Of a DNA stretch of 64,000 nucleotides, positions 58,372 to 64,000 are shown in pieces. Numbering within the stretch: the stretch's first letter is position 1; each line of letters opens with the position of its first letter. Both the position numbers and the translations under genes were made by a program. The stretch spans positions 1,184,001-1,248,000 of the forward strand of contig CAXXHB010000003.1 in the NCBI GenBank assembly GCA_963664815.2, in the 5' to 3' direction. The DNA is from Spirochaetota bacterium. Its GTDB lineage: Bacteria; Spirochaetota; UBA4802; UBA5550. The notes beneath the pieces were generated by a model. That model saw only the letters and a program-made list of their open reading frames with translations. It had not been told where the DNA came from and searched no databases.

Positions 58372-60279
58372 TCAGAGTAAATTTAATATCTGTTCAAGTC
58401 TCGTCTGTTCAATAACTGTTTTATTTTTAAGTTCAACAATAAATGGATCTTCGCCGGTTGGACTGTAATGTTCAGCGTAATCGCTGATAATTTTATTTCC
58501 TCTGATATAGTCCCTGTCTTTAGATGAATATACGGATGAGAGGAAAACATTATTCTGATTCATCAGCTTTTCCAGGTTATCCTTTAATGATAAATCCTTT
58601 AATCCTTCATCATCAAGGAGAGACATGGCGTATGGCCAATTCTTAATATCCCCGTCATATTTATAAATGGCATCATTATTAATACCGTTATTTTCCGATA
58701 GAATTTTTCCAGCCCTGTGAGCCATAAGTTTTAATGCATAAAACTGTATGTAAAAGGTATAGGCGCTTATTCCGTTAATTCTGTTATTTTCGGTAATGTA
58801 GTTTTTGCCTGTGCCGTTTATTTCCTGTTCAGTGTAGATCGGTTTTACCTGTGGAGTTTTTTTAAGTCTTTCGCGTGCAGTTACCATCATATCAATTATT
58901 TCCGGTCTGAATATGCTGAATTCAATTTCATTTCTGCGTGACCGGTTACGCTTTCTGTATTTTGATTCATTGCGTACAACAGAGTAAATATTATCGTTCA
59001 AAATCCATGCCGGGATGAGTTCATTGTACGATGGAGGTATGTCATTCATATACAAAGAACTCTGAGTAATCAGCGAGAAGGGAAATTCCACTCTCTGCGG
59101 CATAGTAACCGTTCCCGTGGAGATTACTGTGTATGGTGATTTGCTGTATTCTGCAGGAAATTTTATGCTTGAACCAAGACCGAAGAACATCCCCTCTCCG
59201 GGAATTATTTCCTGGTCGGGCAGACGCGAAGTATGGTTTGAACCGACATTTGCCCCGTATCCGATGTTTCCTCTCCCTTCGGGCCAGATGCATGCGATAA
59301 GAAGTGAGTGATGATGCGCGGCAGTGAATGGCCCGGCAAACGATGAAGTTATCTCGGCCTCGCCGATTGCTGAGTTTGGCCCGGTAATACTGTCTGTGAT
59401 ATTGCAATGTTTTCCGGCATGTGAATACTCCATCAGAAGAGAGCTTTGAATTACAGACATTGAATCGACATGGCATCCACACTGTATGGTTGAGTCTTTT
59501 ATACTCACACCTGTCCCGGCAGACGTGCCGTCGTTTTCCGAACTAAGTATTGTGCTGTCTGATATCATTGAAGCACCGGAAATTACTGTTGTATCGTAAA
59601 GGAAAGAATCACATATTGATGTTGTGTTTATAATACGGCAGTTTTTGCCGATATAACCTGAGTTTAAAGAGCACTTTGATGTATATTCATTAACGAAATC
59701 ATTGTATGCTGTTTTATTTTCCCGGATGAGTAAATTCTTCGCAATATTCATGTCCATTTCAGAAAAAATCTTTATTCCCCGCTCCCCGGTCTCCGGGCCT
59801 ATTAGTATGTTATTTCCATTGCTGAAAGTATTTTCTCCTGATGCTGTAATTGTCCCGTTGTTGAAAAGCACCGTATATGATGATATAATGTAATTAGAAA
59901 TCAAACCGCATCTGCATATAAGAGACTCATCATTAATTTCTGAATTCTTTATTATACTGTCATATATACCTGATTGCAGGACAGTGTCATTTTCAACTTC
60001 AAGTGGGAAACCAGAAAATTTCCCGAGGTAGCATTTACCATAAAAACGGCTGTTGGAAATGAAAGAGGGAATAAAACCATCTGCAACAAAAATATTATCC
60101 CAGCTTTCAGCATGGTTATTCTGCTTTTTTAACTGTTCTGTCTCTATACCTGAGAGATTACGATATGTTGATACATTGGAATTTCCACGGTTACTTATTG
60201 ATAATTTTATTTTTGCTGTTTTCTGAAGAAATTCAGAATTTTGCAGTATTGATGAAAGTGTCTCTTTGAAATCTGTCAT
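58372..60279 (-). CDS. DUF4954-like protein with left-handed beta-helix region
   Basis: YRNL..IEQL..Q.N.AE.W; hexapeptide-like repeats; GPF..HH.SLLIA, GSNHTSR. Confidence 0.75.
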   Translation of the reverse strand: MTDFKETLSSILQNSEFLQKTAKIKLSISNRGNSNVSTYRNLSGIETEQLKKQNNHAESWDNIFVADGFIPSFISNSRFYGKCYLGKFSGFPLEVENDTVLQSGIYDSIIKNSEINDESLICRCGLISNYIISSYTVLFNNGTITASGENTFSNGNNILIGPETGERGIKIFSEMDMNIAKNLLIRENKTAYNDFVNEYTSKCSLNSGYIGKNCRIINTTSICDSFLYDTTVISGASMISDSTILSSENDGTSAGTGVSIKDSTIQCGCHVDSMSVIQSSLLMEYSHAGKHCNITDSITGPNSAIGEAEITSSFAGPFTAAHHHSLLIACIWPEGRGNIGYGANVGSNHTSRLPDQEIIPGEGMFFGLGSSIKFPAEYSKSPYTVISTGTVTMPQRVEFPFSLITQSSLYMNDIPPSYNELIPAWILNDNIYSVVRNESKYRKRNRSRRNEIEFSIFRPEIIDMMVTARERLKKTPQVKPIYTEQEINGTGKNYITENNRINGISAYTFYIQFYALKLMAHRAGKILSENNGINNDAIYKYDGDIKNWPYAMSLLDDEGLKDLSLKDNLEKLMNQNNVFLSSVYSSKDRDYIRGNKIISDYAEHYSPTGEDPFIVELKNKTVIEQTRLEQILNLL

Positions 60280-60386
60280 TTTCTCACCGGTTCCCAGTCA
60301 GAATTTAATTGTTCGTATAACAGGTATAAAAGTAATGTCTTACAGCGAATTGTAAAGAAGAAATTAATGAAGGAACAGGCTGTTTG

Positions 60387-60956
60387 TCAGATCATGGACA
60401 GAAAAAGCTGATGGATTCTTGTATCTTCTGTCAGTTCAGGGTGAAAGCTTGAAGCAAGTAGCCTGCCTTCCTTTAGCAGTACCGGTATCCCGTCAAGCTC
60501 GGCAAGCACTTCAACGTTGTTAGAGATTGAAGTTACTTTTGGAGACCTTATAAATATTCCCTGGAATACTTTGTCATTGAAACCTTTGACAGGGAATGAT
60601 GCTTCAAAGCTTTCTTTCTGCCTGCCGTAAGCGTTTCTTTTCACTGTAATATCCATAAGTCCGAGAATGGGTAGTTTATCTTCCTCAATATTTTTTGCCA
60701 TTAAAATCATCCCTGCGCAGGTACCATACAACCCCATACCGGATTTTACTTTTTCCAATATTGGATTCATAATTCCGTTATTGATGAGAAGTTTGGCAAT
60801 AACAGTACTTTCACCTCCGGGAATTATAAGACCATCTACTGTCTCGAGATCGTCAGACGCTCTTACCTGTATCCCCATGGCACCGATTGTCTCTAATACC
60901 TCCAGATGTTTCTGGAAAGCCCCCTGCATTGCAAGCACTCCAATTTTTTTAGACAT
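60387..60956 (-). CDS. pdxT: PLP synthase glutaminase subunit
   Basis: GVLAMQG, PGGEST, GTCAGMI, RNAYGRQ..SF, FHPE. Confidence 0.97.
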   Translation of the reverse strand: MSKKIGVLAMQGAFQKHLEVLETIGAMGIQVRASDDLETVDGLIIPGGESTVIAKLLINNGIMNPILEKVKSGMGLYGTCAGMILMAKNIEEDKLPILGLMDITVKRNAYGRQKESFEASFPVKGFNDKVFQGIFIRSPKVTSISNNVEVLAELDGIPVLLKEGRLLASSFHPELTEDTRIHQLFLSMI

Positions 60957-60964
60957 TTAATTCT

Positions 60965-61870
60965 TTACCAGCCTCTGCCTGCAAGTTTATCACTTTCCTT
61001 TAATTGTGACATTCCTATACCGGTCATAGGTTCACCCAGATTTCGCGATATCTCTGCAAGCTTTACGGGATCATTGTAGTATGTAACCGCCTGAACTATT
61101 GCCTTTGCCCTTTTTGCCGGATCGCCGGATTTGAATATTCCTGAACCGACAAATACAGACTCAGCGCCAAGATGCATCATAAGGGCGGCGTCTGCCGGAG
61201 TGGCAACACCACCTGCGGAAAAATTGGGAACTGGAAGCTTACCGGTTTCAGCAACTTCAAGAATAAGTTCATAGGGTGCACCCATCTCTTTTGCTGCTGT
61301 CATAAGCTCTTCTACGGGAATCCCCTTTATTCTTCTCATATCATCCTGCAGTGTCCGCATATGCCTCACTGCTTCAATGACATCACCTGTTCCTGCTTCA
61401 CCCTTTGTCCTTATCATTGCAGCTCCTTCACCAATTCTTCTGAGCGCTTCACCCAGATCGCGGCATCCGCATACAAATGGGACCTTGAAGTTAATTTTAT
61501 TAACATGAAATCTGTCGTCGGCAGGGGTAAGAACTTCGCTTTCATCAATGAAATCAACACCGAGAGCTTCAAGAATCTGAGCCTCGACAAAATGACCTAT
61601 ACGGCACTTGGCCATGACCGGGATAGTAACTGCTTCCTGTATCCGTATAATTACATCAGGATCTGACATCCTCGCCACGCCACCAGCCACTCGTATATCC
61701 GCAGGGACACGTTCAAGAGCCATTACGGCAGCTGCCCCTGCATCTTCGGCTATCTTTGCGTGTTCAGGAGTGACTACATCCATAATAACGCCACCCTTAA
61801 GCATTTCAGCAAGTCCGACTTTTATTTTCCAGTTTTGTTCCTGTTTTTCTGACCATTTTGATTTATTCAT
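60965..61870 (-). CDS. pdxS: PLP synthase lyase subunit
   Basis: [48 protein letters not shown]. Confidence 0.98.
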   Translation of the reverse strand: MNKSKWSEKQEQNWKIKVGLAEMLKGGVIMDVVTPEHAKIAEDAGAAAVMALERVPADIRVAGGVARMSDPDVIIRIQEAVTIPVMAKCRIGHFVEAQILEALGVDFIDESEVLTPADDRFHVNKINFKVPFVCGCRDLGEALRRIGEGAAMIRTKGEAGTGDVIEAVRHMRTLQDDMRRIKGIPVEELMTAAKEMGAPYELILEVAETGKLPVPNFSAGGVATPADAALMMHLGAESVFVGSGIFKSGDPAKRAKAIVQAVTYYNDPVKLAEISRNLGEPMTGIGMSQLKESDKLAGRGW

Positions 61871-62222
61871 AATATAATCTCCAGAATCATTTTCCTTATG
61901 TGTATACGCAGTAAGCTATAATTGCTTATTCGTTAAACTGCAGTAACTGCTGTTAATCTGCAGAACAGTTATTAATAACCTAATTATTAGAATAGGCATA
62001 GTAAATAAAGGACTTTATTTTTCAATTTGTTTTTTTGTTACGAATATTCCGGAGAATAATATTTATCCTGGTTTTATAGAATGAAAACTGGTTGTATGTA
62101 TCTATTTAAAAAAATGGTTTATGTTGTCCTTTGAGAACAAAGTATAAGTTTTTTATAATAGATATAACCGGGATTTGTTAAATATAATGATTTTATAACA
62201 GACTTAAACCTGTTACATCTCT

Positions 62223-62586
62223 GATTCTGAACACGATTACAGGATTAAAAGATTGGCAGGATTTTCTGCTAATAAATGTATCGCACACGAACGTACTTAA
62301 TTTGTGCATCAATTGGATCAGAAGCAATAAAACGGCAGATCTATGATGAAAGTCCGACTCTCTTTATAGAAAAGTCAATTTTGATTCAATTCCGCCTCAA
62401 ACACCTTAACGACTGTTATAAACGCGCGTTTTCCTCTGTCAGTAACGATGTTGAAACGGTATTGAAACGGTTTTCAACAGTGTCTTCATACCGCTTAAGT
62501 CCCATTTTAACAGATTTACTCTTATCTTTTTCGTTAAATTATATTTATGTCTCTTATAACCAGTTATGAAAATCATGGTTCAGACA
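62223..62586. repeat. Possible MITE/REP-like remnant with imperfect inverted ends
   Basis: Left TCTGAACACGATT followed by GATT units at 8-9 nt spacing (62235-62263); right AATCATGGTTCAGA (62571-62584) is its near reverse complement; internal tandem TTGAAACGGT x2. Confidence 0.35.
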
Positions 62587-62644
62587 ACAGCAGCGAAGAA
62601 CGTATTATTCTGGAAGAGTGCGCTATCCGTGCGAGTTGGTATTT

Positions 62645-63811
62645 CTAATCCCTGGTAAATAGATCTCTTGTGAAAACCTTATCTTTAACATCATCAAGTT
62701 CATAGTGGTGCCTGTTTGTTACAATTATATCCGATTCTCTTTTGAATTCGTCGAGCGTTGTTATTTTTTTCGAACCGAAAAAGTGATCTTCTTTCAGAGA
62801 TGGTTCAAAAACAATGCATTCAATTCCCTTAGCTTTAATCCTTTTCATGATCCCCTGTATTGACGATGCCCTGAAGTTATCAGATCCCTCTTTCATGACA
62901 AGTCTGTAAATTCCTACTTTCCGCGGTTTTCTGGCAATTATCTGATCTGCAAGGAAATCTTTCCTTGTGCTGTTTGCATCAACAATGGCTCTGATTATGT
63001 TATTCGGTACATGTTCATAATTTGCCAGAAGCTGTTTTGTGTCCTTGGGGAGACAGTAACCACCATATCCGAATGAAGGATTATTATAATGAGATCCTAT
63101 TCTCGGATCAAGTCCCACTCCTTCAATAATCTGTCGTGTATCGAGATTATATTTAAGAGCATAAGAATCAAGCTCGTTGAAGTAGGCAACCCTGAGGGCC
63201 AGGTATGTATTTGAAAAAAGTTTGATCGCTTCAGCTTCCGTTGATGAAGTGAAGAGCACAGGAGTATTGCTGTCCAGAGAACCTTCTTTAAGAATGTTTG
63301 CAATTACCTCGGCTTCTTTTGACTGTTCACCGACTATTATCCGGGAGGGGTGAAGGTTGTCAAAAAGGGCTTTACCCTCCCGCAGGAATTCAGGGGAGAA
63401 GATAAGTTTCATGCCGGGGTATTTTTTTCTTGTATTGCTGGTATATCCCACGGGAATTGTCGATTTGATACATACTATAGCGGTTTTATTATATTTTGCG
63501 ATCGCATCAAATATTTTCTCTATTACAGATGTATCGAAGAAATTTCCTTCAGAGTTATAATCAGTCGGCCCGGCGACAAATATTAAATCTGCATCTTTGT
63601 AGGCCTCTTCGGCTTTCGTAGTTGCTCTAAGATTAAGGTTTTTATTAGCCAGAAAATCGGATATTTCATGGTCTTCGATCGGTGAAATTTTTTTATTAAT
63701 CAGATCTACTTTTTCCTGAATTATGTCAACCGCTGTGACTTCATGTCTTTGAGAAACAAGTACTGCTATGGACAATCCTACATAACCTGTTCCGGCTACC
63801 GTTATTTTCAT
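62645..63811 (-). CDS. ugd: UDP-glucose 6-dehydrogenase
   Basis: [39 protein letters not shown]; 388-aa short type. Confidence 0.96.
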   Translation of the reverse strand: MKITVAGTGYVGLSIAVLVSQRHEVTAVDIIQEKVDLINKKISPIEDHEISDFLANKNLNLRATTKAEEAYKDADLIFVAGPTDYNSEGNFFDTSVIEKIFDAIAKYNKTAIVCIKSTIPVGYTSNTRKKYPGMKLIFSPEFLREGKALFDNLHPSRIIVGEQSKEAEVIANILKEGSLDSNTPVLFTSSTEAEAIKLFSNTYLALRVAYFNELDSYALKYNLDTRQIIEGVGLDPRIGSHYNNPSFGYGGYCLPKDTKQLLANYEHVPNNIIRAIVDANSTRKDFLADQIIARKPRKVGIYRLVMKEGSDNFRASSIQGIMKRIKAKGIECIVFEPSLKEDHFFGSKKITTLDEFKRESDIIVTNRHHYELDDVKDKVFTRDLFTRD

Positions 63812-64000
63812 AGTAAAACCTCTCTTAACTATACTTTTTCAGAATACTGTTCCTGAACAGTTAAAATCGCCTGATTATTTTGTTGAGGAGTGATAAATGA
63901 AAATAAAACAGCATTCAGTCAATCTCTTTTTACCATTATGATTACCTGAGTCAGACGATTTTTATAGATTATGATACAATAATATGAAACATATCTGTTT

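Noticed and set aside
62254-62269. Sigma54-like TGGCAGGATTTTCTGC
   Set aside because: GG-GC spacing is 11 rather than the required 10.
62449-62480. ATTGAAAC motif resembling a CRISPR repeat 3' end
   Set aside because: Only a tandem 10-mer; no spacers, no regular array, no cas genes.
62276-62569. 97-aa plus-strand ORF
   Set aside because: No RBS, atypical composition, and lies within the repeat-bounded segment.
348-63586. Many 60-165 aa ORFs in the track overlapping real genes (e.g. 7595-7915, 11545-11961, 59042-59482, 61172-61666)
   Set aside because: Antisense or off-frame shadows of well-supported CDSs, without RBS or motifs.
63846-63861. Palindrome ACTGTTC-CT-GAACAGT upstream of ugd as an SOS box
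   Set aside because: Spacing and orientation match neither CTGT-N8-ACAG nor GAAC-N4-GTTC; single occurrence.

Overview
AT-rich chromosomal window from a motile bacterium, most likely a free-living spirochaete. The taxonomy is inferred from a spirochaete-type RpoZ, a bS22-like peptide, a Treponema/Borrelia-type CheY N-terminus, and HDOD and cyclase-FecR genes. Housekeeping genes include gmk-rpoZ-miaA-hfq, argJ, coaD-rny-ymdB, hslO, dnaE, panC, pcm, rsgA, glyQ, nrnA, hisF, pdxST and ugd. There is a TetR-regulated TolC/HlyD/ABC (YbhGFSR-like) efflux operon, motility genes (cheW, flgM, a CheY-like receiver), and a cluster with two class III nucleotide cyclases plus periplasmic partners. I saw no tRNA, rRNA, CRISPR array or intact transposase. 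The strongest unannotated signal is a ~105-nt minus-strand sRNA candidate at 47768-47875. It has a near-consensus sigma28 promoter, a long strand-specific stem carrying an anti-Shine-Dalgarno loop, and its own terminator, and a canonical hfq, flgM and a plausible target (the rny RBS) lie in the same window. Other notable items: a sigma54-driven 30-aa membrane peptide, a miaA with no canonical start codon, a cyclase lacking the adenine-specifying Lys, and several apparent pseudoenzymes. All calls are from reading the sequence by eye; no searches or folding programs were run.
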